This document shows positions 31,995 through 41,786 of a stretch of DNA of 64,000 nt, one piece after another. Where the stretch lies: positions 3,862 to 67,861 of the IMG/VR virus record IMGVR_UViG_3300044547_000928. One strand, written 5' to 3'. Positions within the stretch are counted from its first letter, which is position 1. Each line of letters begins with the position of its first letter. Position numbers and translations under genes: made by a program. Below the pieces are notes generated by a model that did not search any database, was not told where the DNA came from, and worked only from the letters and a program-made list of their open reading frames with translations. Source of the DNA: a virus.

Positions 31995-34682
31995 TTGCAG
32001 GAGGCCGTTTTGGAACACAAACAAGTATCAGTTTCATCAGTTCGTGGCATTGATGATGTAGATGGAATCGTTGAGGCAATTGTCTCCGTTACCAATATTG
32101 TCGACTCCGTAAACGATGTAATTGAGCCAGGCGCTTATAAATTAACGCTAAAGAAGCGTAATCCTAAAGTCGTATGGTCTCACGATACGAATATCCCAGT
32201 TGGTAAGACTCTCCGTGTTGAGGAACTTCTTCCAAATGACCCACGCCTTCCAAATGACCTTATTCAGCAAAATGCTGGTGCTCTGCTTGTAAAAATGCAG
32301 TTCAACCTAAATACAAGCCGTGGGCGCGATGCTTTTTATGATGTCCAGTTCTTCGGCCCAGAGCAAGAATGGTCAATTGGCTATGCGGTTCCAGAAGGAA
32401 AATACGAAGTTGATTCAAAAACTGGAATTCGTTATATTAAGCAATTGGAATTATTTGAGTACTCACCAGTAATTTTTGGTGCCGCCCCAAGCACCCGTAC
32501 ATTAAGCCTGAAAGAGGACGGAGTCGAAATTGAAGCAAAGGCTCCTGGCAAGTACGATGACATTGATTTCGGCATTCCTTCTGGTGTTAAAAGTCAAGCA
32601 GAGACTGGTCTCAGGTGGTCGAAAGAATTTAACCGAGGCGGAACTGAGGTTGGTAAGGCTACGGCTAATTACCTACTCAACAATTCTACTGTTAGCCCTG
32701 AAAAGGCTCGTCACATCGCGCGCTACTTCCCACGCCACGCAGTAGACCTCAAGACTCCAGCAAATAGCAAACCAGGCGCAGATGGATATCCAGGTGCAGG
32801 ACTGATTGCATGGAAACTGTGGGGTGGAAATGCTGGATGGCGCTGGGCTCAAAAACTTGTTGACGCAATGAACTCACGCGATGAAATGAAAGCAGAACCA
32901 AACGGGCTGAAGACTAGCGACTTTGTTACTTGGCGCGCATCTGGCGGTAGAGCGTACGGACGAATTGAGCGTATTGAGCGCGACGGTGAAATAGATGTCC
33001 CGAATAGCAGTTTCACTATTACTGGTACACCAGAAGACCCAGCAGCGCTGATTCGTGTTTACCGCAAAGAGGGACTTGATTATTCACCCACAGAAGTACG
33101 AGTTGGGCATAAGTTCTCAACCCTTACAAAGATGGATATTTCAAAGAAGGACGCCTTCACTGATATGCCATCAGGAACACCAGGTTCTTTCGGTACCCCA
33201 CAAAGAATTGGTACCACGCCAAATGCTCCAGAAGAAAAGCCATACAGCATTGAGCAAGATGTTCAGGGTTGTAGCGGTTATGCAGTCGTTAAAGTTGGAG
33301 AAGGAATTGTTTCAGGTGGATGCCATCTGACTCTCGCCGAAGCACAAGCACACCTTGCTGCTTTAAATGCAGCAATGCAGGGAGAAAAGGACATGCATGA
33401 AGAAATGCAGGGTCCAGAAGTCGTACCGCACCAAGATGACATGGTTGAAGGTCTTGCCGAACAGCAAGAGATGGGGTTGAACCCACGCCAGTTCACAATG
33501 TATGACCTGTTTGAAACTATGGCTGAAGAATTCGGTATGTGGGACCAAGGAAGTGGCGCTAATGGCGCTCACTACATGGAAGAGAATCCATTTGCTTCAG
33601 AGGGCATGAAGTGTTCTAATTGCGTCTTCTTTGAGGGTGGGAAGAAGTGCGAAATTGTGTCTGGAAGTATTGAACCAGAAGCAATTTGCAAACTATGGAT
33701 TATCCGCGAAGAACTTTTAGCAAATCCTAAAATGCGTGAAGAATCTGCTGGAGCAAAATCTGCTGAACAAGAAGAAGTTAAAGATGCGGGTCCAAACGGA
33801 CGAGTTATTGCAACGCACAAAACAGGTGTGAATACATCACGCGCATGGGATAAAACTGCTCCATTCAGAAGCATGAAATCACCAGGGACCCCATCTTATT
33901 TCAACAAAATATTTGCATTCCAGAATCCGAATACAGATGGAACTCGTAAGACCCATTATAACTATATTCACCACTATGTTGGTGCTGACGGAACTCCAGG
34001 CGAGGCTTCATACTCAGCGTTGATTAACTCAATGGCTGTTTTGAACGGCGGTCGTTCTGGAACGATTCTTCGTGGCGAAGCACGCCGTGGTGTTTACAAC
34101 CACATTGCTGCTCATTACCGAGATGCTGGAAAAGAGCCACCAGAACTTAAGTCAGACGAGTTTGTCGACTTCGTTATGATTCAAAAAGGAATTATTACAA
34201 AGCCACTCAGCGAAGATTCTGGCATTGAGGTTAAGGCTGAAGGTGGACCAATTCCTTCGCATTCAACGGCAGTTCGTGACGATGAAACACTCGACCGTTC
34301 CGCCATTCTGAACACTCGTTCACCAGAAGGCAAAGATTATTATCGAAAGATTTTTGCCTACCATACACCTGGAACAGATGGCACTCGTAAGACCCACTAC
34401 ACATTTATCCATCACCATGTTTCAGAAGATGGTCGCCCTGGAGCAGCCGCTTATTCAGAGTTGAAGTCGGAGATGGCAATTCTCAACGGCGGACGCGGTG
34501 GAACGATACTTCGCGGAGAAGACCGCAAGGCTGTGTACAATCATCTCGCCCGTCACTACCGTGACTTCGGTAAGAAGCCACCTGAACTAAAGTCAGATGG
34601 GTACATTGATAATGTTATGATGCAAAAAGGCCTCATTAGTGAGCCACTATCTATCACGGAGAAAACAGATGAGCAAGATTGA
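31995..34682 (+). CDS. HK97 prohead protease with a long multidomain C-terminal extension
   Basis: D...DVI.PGA, WSHD, SIGY, E.SPV.FGA; start may be TTG 32010. Confidence 0.88.
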   Translation: MQEAVLEHKQVSVSSVRGIDDVDGIVEAIVSVTNIVDSVNDVIEPGAYKLTLKKRNPKVVWSHDTNIPVGKTLRVEELLPNDPRLPNDLIQQNAGALLVKMQFNLNTSRGRDAFYDVQFFGPEQEWSIGYAVPEGKYEVDSKTGIRYIKQLELFEYSPVIFGAAPSTRTLSLKEDGVEIEAKAPGKYDDIDFGIPSGVKSQAETGLRWSKEFNRGGTEVGKATANYLLNNSTVSPEKARHIARYFPRHAVDLKTPANSKPGADGYPGAGLIAWKLWGGNAGWRWAQKLVDAMNSRDEMKAEPNGLKTSDFVTWRASGGRAYGRIERIERDGEIDVPNSSFTITGTPEDPAALIRVYRKEGLDYSPTEVRVGHKFSTLTKMDISKKDAFTDMPSGTPGSFGTPQRIGTTPNAPEEKPYSIEQDVQGCSGYAVVKVGEGIVSGGCHLTLAEAQAHLAALNAAMQGEKDMHEEMQGPEVVPHQDDMVEGLAEQQEMGLNPRQFTMYDLFETMAEEFGMWDQGSGANGAHYMEENPFASEGMKCSNCVFFEGGKKCEIVSGSIEPEAICKLWIIREELLANPKMREESAGAKSAEQEEVKDAGPNGRVIATHKTGVNTSRAWDKTAPFRSMKSPGTPSYFNKIFAFQNPNTDGTRKTHYNYIHHYVGADGTPGEASYSALINSMAVLNGGRSGTILRGEARRGVYNHIAAHYRDAGKEPPELKSDEFVDFVMIQKGIITKPLSEDSGIEVKAEGGPIPSHSTAVRDDETLDRSAILNTRSPEGKDYYRKIFAYHTPGTDGTRKTHYTFIHHHVSEDGRPGAAAYSELKSEMAILNGGRGGTILRGEDRKAVYNHLARHYRDFGKKPPELKSDGYIDNVMMQKGLISEPLSITEKTDEQD

Positions 34683-35574
34683 TATTGAGTCGTATAAGTC
34701 CTTTGTTGGGCAGCAGGCTCTATTGAGCGATGACAGCATTGGCATCATCGTTGGAATCTCCGAAGATGGACAGGCGCTTGTGCAGAAATGTCTTGACATG
34801 GAAGGACTTGAAGAGACAGACGAAACTGTTTTAATTGCAGTTGAAGATGTAAAACTTCGCACTTTTGTGGTCATGGAAAAAGTTGATGAGGGAATGACCG
34901 AAGGCGCGCTTGTCTCGTGGGAGACATCAAACGGCACATATTATGGAGACATCTTGTCTTCGTCTTCAGAAGGAACTGTTCGCGGTGAGCCGCAGGGCCT
35001 TGAAATTGAAGGGTCCGCCGAACGCCCAGCCTATGTCGTACGGGTTATGATGTGGGATGAAGACGAATGGATGCCTACTAATGTTACTGTAGTAGCATAC
35101 GGTGATGCATTGACTATGGTTGAAGAACTTCCAGAGCCGATGGATGACGAAGACCCAGCAGATGAAGATATGCCAGAAGACGAGATGTCAATGGTTGAGG
35201 ATAACGAAAAGAGCATAGATATGAACATTGAAGCACAGATTGCCGAGATTGTTGCACGCGAAGTTGCTAAGGCTCTTGCTGCAATGAACACCGCAGAAGT
35301 AAAAGCAGAAGAAATTGCTGTTGAGACCAAGTCGGATGAAGCCGCCGAAGCAGTTGCTGAAGAAGTAGTTGCTGAAGTTGCTGTCGAAGAAGTTGCTGCA
35401 GATGCACCAGCAGAAGAAGTAGCAGTTGAAGTAGCAGTTGAAGAAGTCGCCGCTGAAGAAGTTGTTGCTGAAGAAGTTGTTGCTGAAGAAAAGTCTGAAT
35501 TGGTTCAGATGGAAACAGCAGAACTTTCATTCGATGACCTTAAAGAGTTCCACGACCTCCTGAAAGTGCTATAG
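34669..35574 (+). CDS. Highly acidic scaffold-like protein
   Basis: Tudor-like V.W....G...G.I segment; EEVVA repeats. Confidence 0.7.
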   Translation: MSKIDIESYKSFVGQQALLSDDSIGIIVGISEDGQALVQKCLDMEGLEETDETVLIAVEDVKLRTFVVMEKVDEGMTEGALVSWETSNGTYYGDILSSSSEGTVRGEPQGLEIEGSAERPAYVVRVMMWDEDEWMPTNVTVVAYGDALTMVEELPEPMDDEDPADEDMPEDEMSMVEDNEKSIDMNIEAQIAEIVAREVAKALAAMNTAEVKAEEIAVETKSDEAAEAVAEEVVAEVAVEEVAADAPAEEVAVEVAVEEVAAEEVVAEEVVAEEKSELVQMETAELSFDDLKEFHDLLKVL

Positions 35575-35609
35575 TATTCACGGGCGTTAGTAGCGCCCGT
35601 GGAGGGGTT

Positions 35610-35870
35610 GTGGATATTGGCAAGGAAATAGCCAGAGTTCAAAAGAGCACGACAATCGGCAAGGTAGATAAACTTTTGGCATCTTTGAGTGCAAAAGATT
35701 CTGCTTCGCTCGTTGATGCAATGAAAGACTTATCAGTTTCGAGTCGCACAATTTCAAAAGTTTTAAAAGGGCGCGGCTATGTAATTGGCAGGAGTGCTGT
35801 AGATAATTGGCGACATGCTAATGTTGAAAATTTTGAAACTAGAAGCAACAATTATATTGGGGGCAAATAA
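35610..35870 (+). CDS. Small HTH-like protein
   Basis: GGAGG RBS; S.R.IS.VL...G..IG...V..WR. Confidence 0.65.
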   Translation: MDIGKEIARVQKSTTIGKVDKLLASLSAKDSASLVDAMKDLSVSSRTISKVLKGRGYVIGRSAVDNWRHANVENFETRSNNYIGGK

Positions 35871-36856
35871 TGTCATTGTCAAAAGATTTAAAATCAGCAA
35901 TGAATCGCAACTCCCCAGAATGGCCAGTAGTAAAAAGAGGCCCGTCAATAAAACTTCCTACAGTTGCAACTGTTAAAAAAGAAAAGTCGCAGTTTAAAAC
36001 ATGCGTAGTTTTGCCAGATATGCAATGTGGTTATTTCAGGGATGTAAACGGCAATTTTGTTGCTATCCATGATGAAATTGCAATTAATTTGGCTGTTGAA
36101 TTTATCAAAGAATCAAAGCCAGATGTGATTGCAATGAATGGAGACAATGCTGACTTTGCAGAATTTGGAAAGTACAGACTAACTCCTGCTTATCAATTGA
36201 CAACACAAAAAACAATTGATTATTTAACAACGCTTATGGCGCGCCTTCGCGCAGCATCTCCACTCGCTGAAATTGTTTGGCTTGAGGGAAATCACGAAGC
36301 AAGATTAGGAAATTATATTCTTGATAATGCAAATGCTGCTTTTGGTTTGAAGCGTGGGAATATCCCAGACTCATGGCCAGTTATGTCGCTTCCTTATCTT
36401 TGCAGATTTGAAGAATTTGGTGTTAAGTATTTGCCAGGATACCCAGCGTCAACATATTGGGTTAATCGCAAGTTAAGAATTATTCACGGACATAAAGTCG
36501 CATCTGGCGGAAGCACTGCTCATAAATATCTCGCAACAGAAAAGACTTCAGTTCTTTATGGACATATCCATCGCCGCGAATGGGCAGAGCGAACCCGCCA
36601 AGATTGGGATGAAGATAAAACTATTCTCGCCGCATCTGCAGGATGTCTTGCTCGCGTGGACGGCGTCGTGCCAAGCACAAAAGGCGGGACAGACCTCGAC
36701 GGACGCCCAATCCCATGCACGGAAGATTGGCAGCAAGGAATTGCTGTTGTGCACTATGTTGCTGGAGATGGTCCATTCCATCTAGAACTTGTTCCAATTC
36801 ACAATGGTTCTATGTTCTATCGCGGAAAGACATACAAGGCAGACAAGAAAAAATGA
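35870..36856 (+). CDS. Calcineurin-like metallophosphoesterase
   Basis: D.Q, GD..D, GNHE, HG, GH.HR motifs. Confidence 0.9.
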   Translation: MSLSKDLKSAMNRNSPEWPVVKRGPSIKLPTVATVKKEKSQFKTCVVLPDMQCGYFRDVNGNFVAIHDEIAINLAVEFIKESKPDVIAMNGDNADFAEFGKYRLTPAYQLTTQKTIDYLTTLMARLRAASPLAEIVWLEGNHEARLGNYILDNANAAFGLKRGNIPDSWPVMSLPYLCRFEEFGVKYLPGYPASTYWVNRKLRIIHGHKVASGGSTAHKYLATEKTSVLYGHIHRREWAERTRQDWDEDKTILAASAGCLARVDGVVPSTKGGTDLDGRPIPCTEDWQQGIAVVHYVAGDGPFHLELVPIHNGSMFYRGKTYKADKKK

Positions 36857-37155
36857 CAGAGGGTCGCGACCCTCTTGAAAGCCAGATGAACCTGCGCTTT
36901 CCAATGATTACTATTTCTGTATCCTACGAAGACCGAGATGAGCCAATCCATGTTGATTTAGGCTCAATACCACCATTTGTTGCTGTTTCTGTATTTGAAC
37001 GCATACTAGATGCGATGAGCAATATTGCAGTGGGCCCAAAAATTACATTCAAAGGCGATGTAATAGCCAAGCCCTTTATGGCTTCTGATGTTACATTCCA
37101 AGACCTATTGGACATGTTTGGTCAAAACGAAGACGAAGAAGACGAAGACAATTAA
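36853..37155 (+). CDS. Hypothetical acidic protein
   Basis: ATGA coupling at 36853. Confidence 0.68.
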   Translation: MTEGRDPLESQMNLRFPMITISVSYEDRDEPIHVDLGSIPPFVAVSVFERILDAMSNIAVGPKITFKGDVIAKPFMASDVTFQDLLDMFGQNEDEEDEDN

Positions 37156-37173
37156 AAATAACCTAACCCCTGC

Positions 37174-37202
37174 TTGACAAACTAGCAAACAACAAGCATA
37201 AT
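37174..37202 (+). promoter_or_regulatory. Promoter for the major capsid gene
   Basis: TTGACA-17-CATAAT. Confidence 0.7.
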
Positions 37203-37266
37203 ATTTAATACGAGGTGCTTACCTTGTGTCCGAAGTTCCACTATTACTCAAAAGGAGTATATCACT

Positions 37267-38565
37267 ATGGCTACAGATAGCCGTTTAAAGGAACTCAAGT
37301 CAGCCCTCCGTGCAGTTCTTGCAGACAACGATGCAATCGTTGACCATGCAGGCGCTACCCGCGAAGAAGGCGGACCTGAAGTTCAAGTACAAGCAAAGCA
37401 TGTTGAAGCATTCCGAGGCAACCTCGCAAAGGCACGCGAAATCCGTGCTGAAATCGAGGCCTTGGAAGGTATGGGCGAAATTCGCTCATGGGCTGAAGGC
37501 ATGACCGCACCAGTAGCACAGACCAAGTCTGGTTTGATTGTTCCACAGGGCTCAAAGAGCCTCGGCGAGCAGTTCGTTGAATCAGATGAGTTCAAGGCAA
37601 TTGCTGGTGGTAAGTCTGGTTACACGATGCACGCACCATTCCAAGTAAATGGTTCGTTCTCGTCACACTGGGGTCGCAAAGATGTCTACACAGGATTGCC
37701 ATCAGGCACCCCTACAGACTTCGGTACGCCACAGCGTGAAGGCATCATCGAGCGTCAGAAGCGCACTATGCGCGTACGCGAACTCTTCGATGTACAGCAG
37801 ACGAACAGCAACATGGTTGAATACTTCCGTGTTTCTGGTTTCACCAACAACGCATCGACAGTTGCAGAGCGCAACGACGCAAACAACGCCTTTGGTGTAA
37901 AACCACAGTCGTCAATGACCGTCGTTGGTGTTCAGGCTCCAGTTCGCACGATTGCTCACTACGAAGTTGCTCACCGCAATGTGTTGGACGACGAGCCAAC
38001 CCTTCGTGGAATTATCGACAACGAACTGTTGTACGGACTCCGCTTGGTAGAAGATGACCAGATTCTTAACGGAAACGGTGTTGGCCAAAACCTCACTGGT
38101 ATCCGTTCGACTTCTGGAATTCAGACCTCTAATTGGTCAAGTGGTGTTGCAAACGACACCCGCCTCGATGCAATTCGTCGTGGTATCACCAAGTCGTTGC
38201 TCGCTTACTACGAGCCAACAGGCATGATTGTCCATCCAAACGACCTTGAAGACATCGAACTCTCAAAGGATGCAAACTATAACTACTTGATGGTTATGTC
38301 GGTATCGATGGGTGCAGATGCTCGCTTGTGGCGTTTGCCAATCGTCAGCACGCCAGCAATCACCGAAGGCAAGGTTCTCCTTGGTTCATTCGGTGTTGGC
38401 GCAACGCTGTACGACCGTATGGAAGGCAACATCCGCGTTTCCGAGCAACACAGCGACTTCTTTGTTCGCAACGCAGTTGCAGTACTTGCTGAAGAGCGTA
38501 TTGCACTTGCTGTTAAGCGTCCAGAGTCGTTCGTCGAAGTTACCCTCGACAGCGCACCTGCCTGA
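37267..38565 (+). CDS. Major capsid protein, HK97 fold
   Basis: Delta-domain-like N-terminus, KP.S, TIAH, EDDQILNGNG, LW.LP.V, F.RN......EER.A..V.RP. Confidence 0.95.
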   Translation: MATDSRLKELKSALRAVLADNDAIVDHAGATREEGGPEVQVQAKHVEAFRGNLAKAREIRAEIEALEGMGEIRSWAEGMTAPVAQTKSGLIVPQGSKSLGEQFVESDEFKAIAGGKSGYTMHAPFQVNGSFSSHWGRKDVYTGLPSGTPTDFGTPQREGIIERQKRTMRVRELFDVQQTNSNMVEYFRVSGFTNNASTVAERNDANNAFGVKPQSSMTVVGVQAPVRTIAHYEVAHRNVLDDEPTLRGIIDNELLYGLRLVEDDQILNGNGVGQNLTGIRSTSGIQTSNWSSGVANDTRLDAIRRGITKSLLAYYEPTGMIVHPNDLEDIELSKDANYNYLMVMSVSMGADARLWRLPIVSTPAITEGKVLLGSFGVGATLYDRMEGNIRVSEQHSDFFVRNAVAVLAEERIALAVKRPESFVEVTLDSAPA

Positions 38566-38585
38566 TAATTACAGTCAGAAAAGTG

Positions 38586-38614
38586 AAAAGCCTGGGCTTC
38601 GGCCCAGGCTTTTT
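38586..38614 (+). terminator. Intrinsic terminator after the capsid gene
   Basis: AAAAGCCTGGGC-TTCG-GCCCAGGCTTTTT. Confidence 0.92.
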
Positions 38615-38635
38615 GCTTTGTGCTAACATGTTTGC

Positions 38636-38800
38636 ATGTCACAAATTGTAGTAATCGCTCCACGCGATATTTACGAGAACATCGAAGGCAAGAGTGTGAA
38701 GGTTGTCCGTAAGGGCGAGCGCATTAGTGTCGAAGATGCAATGCGATATAAGGTCATGCCTATCTCGGTAAATGACCCATTCGCTACAGAAACAAAGTAA
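38636..38800 (+). CDS. Small protein (54 aa), not in the ORF track
   Basis: MSQIVVIAPRDIYENIEGKSVKVVRKGE...ETK. Confidence 0.62.
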   Translation: MSQIVVIAPRDIYENIEGKSVKVVRKGERISVEDAMRYKVMPISVNDPFATETK

Positions 38801-38803
38801 TCC

Positions 38804-39220
38804 GTGGACAGCCTGGACCCAAAGAAATTTGGGTTGAACGACGATATAGATTTTGCTGCGTACTGGGTGAAGGACGAACCTTTTCTTAGCCTAAAAAACG
38901 CAATGTATGAACTAATCCAAGATGATAAAGATTTTCAATACGACTATCCATACGATGCAATTTTCAATCAGGTATGTGCAAGTGGTTTAATAAAACAAGC
39001 CCATACAAGTGATTCCCTAATCGAGGTCAGGTATGGATGGGAGCCGCTGGATTCAAGTAGCGTAATCATGCACTCCTGTAGGGGTTATGTGGTTCACCCA
39101 AGGATTTATTTTGAAGGCAACAATGCTGGCTTTTTGCTTGAGATGGAAGAGGATGATGCGGAGCCAATAATTTGCTTCTTTGAATACCGCAAGATTTTCT
39201 GGGTTGCCCCAATCCGATAG
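38804..39220 (+). CDS. Hypothetical protein
   Basis: ORF fills the gap. Confidence 0.65.
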   Translation: MDSLDPKKFGLNDDIDFAAYWVKDEPFLSLKNAMYELIQDDKDFQYDYPYDAIFNQVCASGLIKQAHTSDSLIEVRYGWEPLDSSSVIMHSCRGYVVHPRIYFEGNNAGFLLEMEEDDAEPIICFFEYRKIFWVAPIR

Positions 39221-39252
39221 ACCCTCTAAAAACAATGGTGTAATGTGTTTTT

Positions 39253-39825
39253 ATGGCAATTTTGAATTACGCTGACCTTGCTCGTGCAATGAACAAGACT
39301 TTTACTGCTGGTGAGCAGGCTGCGGCTTCAACTATTCTTGCTGGTCTCGAATCAGAAATTTCGTATTTGCTGAATCGCCCCCTGAACCCAGTTCGCATTA
39401 CGGACGAAAAGCACATGCTTGAGCCTGGACAGCGCCAGTTGTTTTTACGCAAAGCCCCAGTACGAAGTATTATCTCATTCAGCATTGGGTTAATAGATAA
39501 TGCCTCTGCAACCTACACAGCGCAAAATATCTACGACTTTGATGTTTACCCTTGGGGAATTGATAATGTTCTGATTGCTGGTCTTGGTTATCAGGCACTC
39601 GTAACCTACAACGCTGGCATGCTTGATGCTGATGCATCAGCACTAGAGCGCGTAATTCTTTCTGCTGCAACACGAGAAATGAGCAAGGTCCTGATTGATG
39701 CTCAAGGCATGGAGCGTCTTAAGGTTGAAGGAACTGAGTACTTTTTTGAGCCGACTCCTGGCGGTGGATTCACCGACCAAGAAGTAAAAAATATTCTTCG
39801 CTACAAGCGCAGGGTTATTAGGTAG
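39253..39825 (+). CDS. Head-tail adaptor
   Basis: Position; LRKAPV.SI, VTY.AG, L.RYKR. Confidence 0.78.
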   Translation: MAILNYADLARAMNKTFTAGEQAAASTILAGLESEISYLLNRPLNPVRITDEKHMLEPGQRQLFLRKAPVRSIISFSIGLIDNASATYTAQNIYDFDVYPWGIDNVLIAGLGYQALVTYNAGMLDADASALERVILSAATREMSKVLIDAQGMERLKVEGTEYFFEPTPGGGFTDQEVKNILRYKRRVIR

Positions 39826-39828
39826 ACC

Positions 39829-40164
39829 ATGCGCGGCGCATTTGAACAAATCACTGTTCGGCGCAAATCATCTGTGACTGTAGATGCAGAGGGCGTTTGG
39901 ACACCAGTAGTAACTGATACTACATACAAGGGCTCAATCCATCAAAAATTTACGCAAGAAGGACAGCCAGAAGAGTTGGGTAAGTATGGCGAGCGTAGAG
40001 GTCTTATTGTTCGCTTGCCAAAACAGGCTTCCGTGGTTAACAACGACCAAATAGTTGTTACTGGATACCACGACAGCATGGATGGCGTTTACGACATTGA
40101 GGGATTGATTTTTACTCATACACATCTTCGCCTTGAATTGAGAAGGACTCTTTTAAATGAGTAA
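39829..40164 (+). CDS. Head closure protein
   Basis: Position, size and beta-rich pattern. Confidence 0.65.
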   Translation: MRGAFEQITVRRKSSVTVDAEGVWTPVVTDTTYKGSIHQKFTQEGQPEELGKYGERRGLIVRLPKQASVVNNDQIVVTGYHDSMDGVYDIEGLIFTHTHLRLELRRTLLNE

Positions 40165-40660
40165 AGAAAGCGCATCTCTTGATAGGGCAATAAAACAACT
40201 TGATATTCGCATACAGCGAATTATTCAGGCTGGTGTATCTTCAATGACTCAATCCGCAAATGAACTTGCAGACATTGGTGCGGAACTTGTTCGCGATTCA
40301 ATAAGGCACGAAGGAACATACAAGCCATACATTGATAAGCGCGGAAAACAAAGAATGTCTAGCGCCCCTGGAGAGGCTCCAGCGTCAGCCCCTGGAAACG
40401 ACCTTGATAAAAGCATTTACTCAAAAAAAGTTTCAAAAGCAAACGGAAATCCAGCCGTTGCAGAATTTGGGTCTACTTCACCATATGCAATGGCGCTTGA
40501 GTACGGCACCGAAAGAATGTCGCCACGACCATTCATTAGGCCAGCAGCAATAAAACTTAGAAAAGAAAAAGTTGCCGATATTGTAACTTCAAATTTTGCA
40601 GCAAGAATGGCCAAAAAAATTAGAAGTATGGGTCATCTAAAAGTAAGGTTGGATGTGTAA
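40157..40660 (+). CDS. HK97 gp10-like neck protein
   Basis: SAPGE.PA, YA..LEYGT..M.PRPF.RPA. Confidence 0.88.
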   Translation: MSKESASLDRAIKQLDIRIQRIIQAGVSSMTQSANELADIGAELVRDSIRHEGTYKPYIDKRGKQRMSSAPGEAPASAPGNDLDKSIYSKKVSKANGNPAVAEFGSTSPYAMALEYGTERMSPRPFIRPAAIKLRKEKVADIVTSNFAARMAKKIRSMGHLKVRLDV

Positions 40661-41046
40661 TGGCTTCAATAGGCGGTTCGATAAGGACGATTCTTGTCAA
40701 TGCTGGCATAACTGGAGTAACTGGAATTTTTCGTGACTTTGCACCCCCAAGCACCGAAAAGCCATACATCACATATAGCGATGAACTTCGGAATGTTCCA
40801 GAACTTATCGGTGATGGATTTGTAAAAACACGAAGGAGAATGGTTCAGTTTGACCTATGGCAAAATAGGCAAAACGAAGACACCTCTCTTGTAGATTCTC
40901 TTGTTTCAGCGCTTGACGGTGCTGGCCAATTTGATGATGGAACATATGTATTTCGTCTTAGGGTATCCGATATACAGCGCATGGTATCATTAGAGGACAA
41001 TGTCGTTCATCATGCCCTAACGCTTGATGTATTTCAGAAGGCGTAA
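40660..41046 (+). CDS. Tail terminator (DUF3168-like)
   Basis: AP.....PYITY, VQFDLW; position. Confidence 0.72.
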   Translation: MASIGGSIRTILVNAGITGVTGIFRDFAPPSTEKPYITYSDELRNVPELIGDGFVKTRRRMVQFDLWQNRQNEDTSLVDSLVSALDGAGQFDDGTYVFRLRVSDIQRMVSLEDNVVHHALTLDVFQKA

Positions 41047-41048
41047 TC

Positions 41049-41717
41049 ATGGCTTTTACACTCATAACAGTTACTGGCACCTACCTACTGCCTACTGGTG
41101 CGCCCGCAAGCGGCTCAGTCTCATTCACGCTCACCGCTCCAATGCGAGATGCAACTTCTGATGTAACCATCACCCCGCAAGAGCAAGTTGTTGCACTAAA
41201 CGCAAGTGGCTCAATATCAATAAATCTTTATGCTAACGACGATGATTCAACGGTTCCAGATGGTGTTACATACGAGGTAAACGAGCGCCTTAATGAGACT
41301 GGATACAACAAGTACTTTTTCACACTAAACAGCAATTCCCCAAATGGCAGATTCGACCTTGCTGATGTAGCCCCAAATACGGAGCCCATAGTTACCTATA
41401 ACTATGCGACAAAAGAGTATGTTGATAGCCATATTGGCGTTACGGCAACAGACATCATTTTTACACCGACAAGCGAAATAACATCGACTACGGTTCAGGC
41501 CGCGATAGAAGAGGTACGGGCAAAATCAAAATATGTCCATACTCAGGGAGCGCCGTCAACGACCTGGTCGGTAACACATAATCTCAAATTTTACCCAAAT
41601 GTGTCAATTGTCGACTCGGCACTTTCTCATGTAATGGGCGAAGTTACTTATATAAACGAGAACAGCCTTACCGTCTCATTTACTAGCGCATTCTCTGGAA
41701 AAGCCTTTCTTTCCTAG
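41049..41717 (+). CDS. Virion structural protein
   Basis: N-terminal beta domain; Y.HTQ...S..W...HNL...P.V C-terminal domain. Confidence 0.72.
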   Translation: MAFTLITVTGTYLLPTGAPASGSVSFTLTAPMRDATSDVTITPQEQVVALNASGSISINLYANDDDSTVPDGVTYEVNERLNETGYNKYFFTLNSNSPNGRFDLADVAPNTEPIVTYNYATKEYVDSHIGVTATDIIFTPTSEITSTTVQAAIEEVRAKSKYVHTQGAPSTTWSVTHNLKFYPNVSIVDSALSHVMGEVTYINENSLTVSFTSAFSGKAFLS

Positions 41718-41786
41718 ATACCTTCGCACACTTTTGATAGAAAAAAGCGTATTCTTGGGGTGCGCACCCGCTATGGAGGTTTTTAG

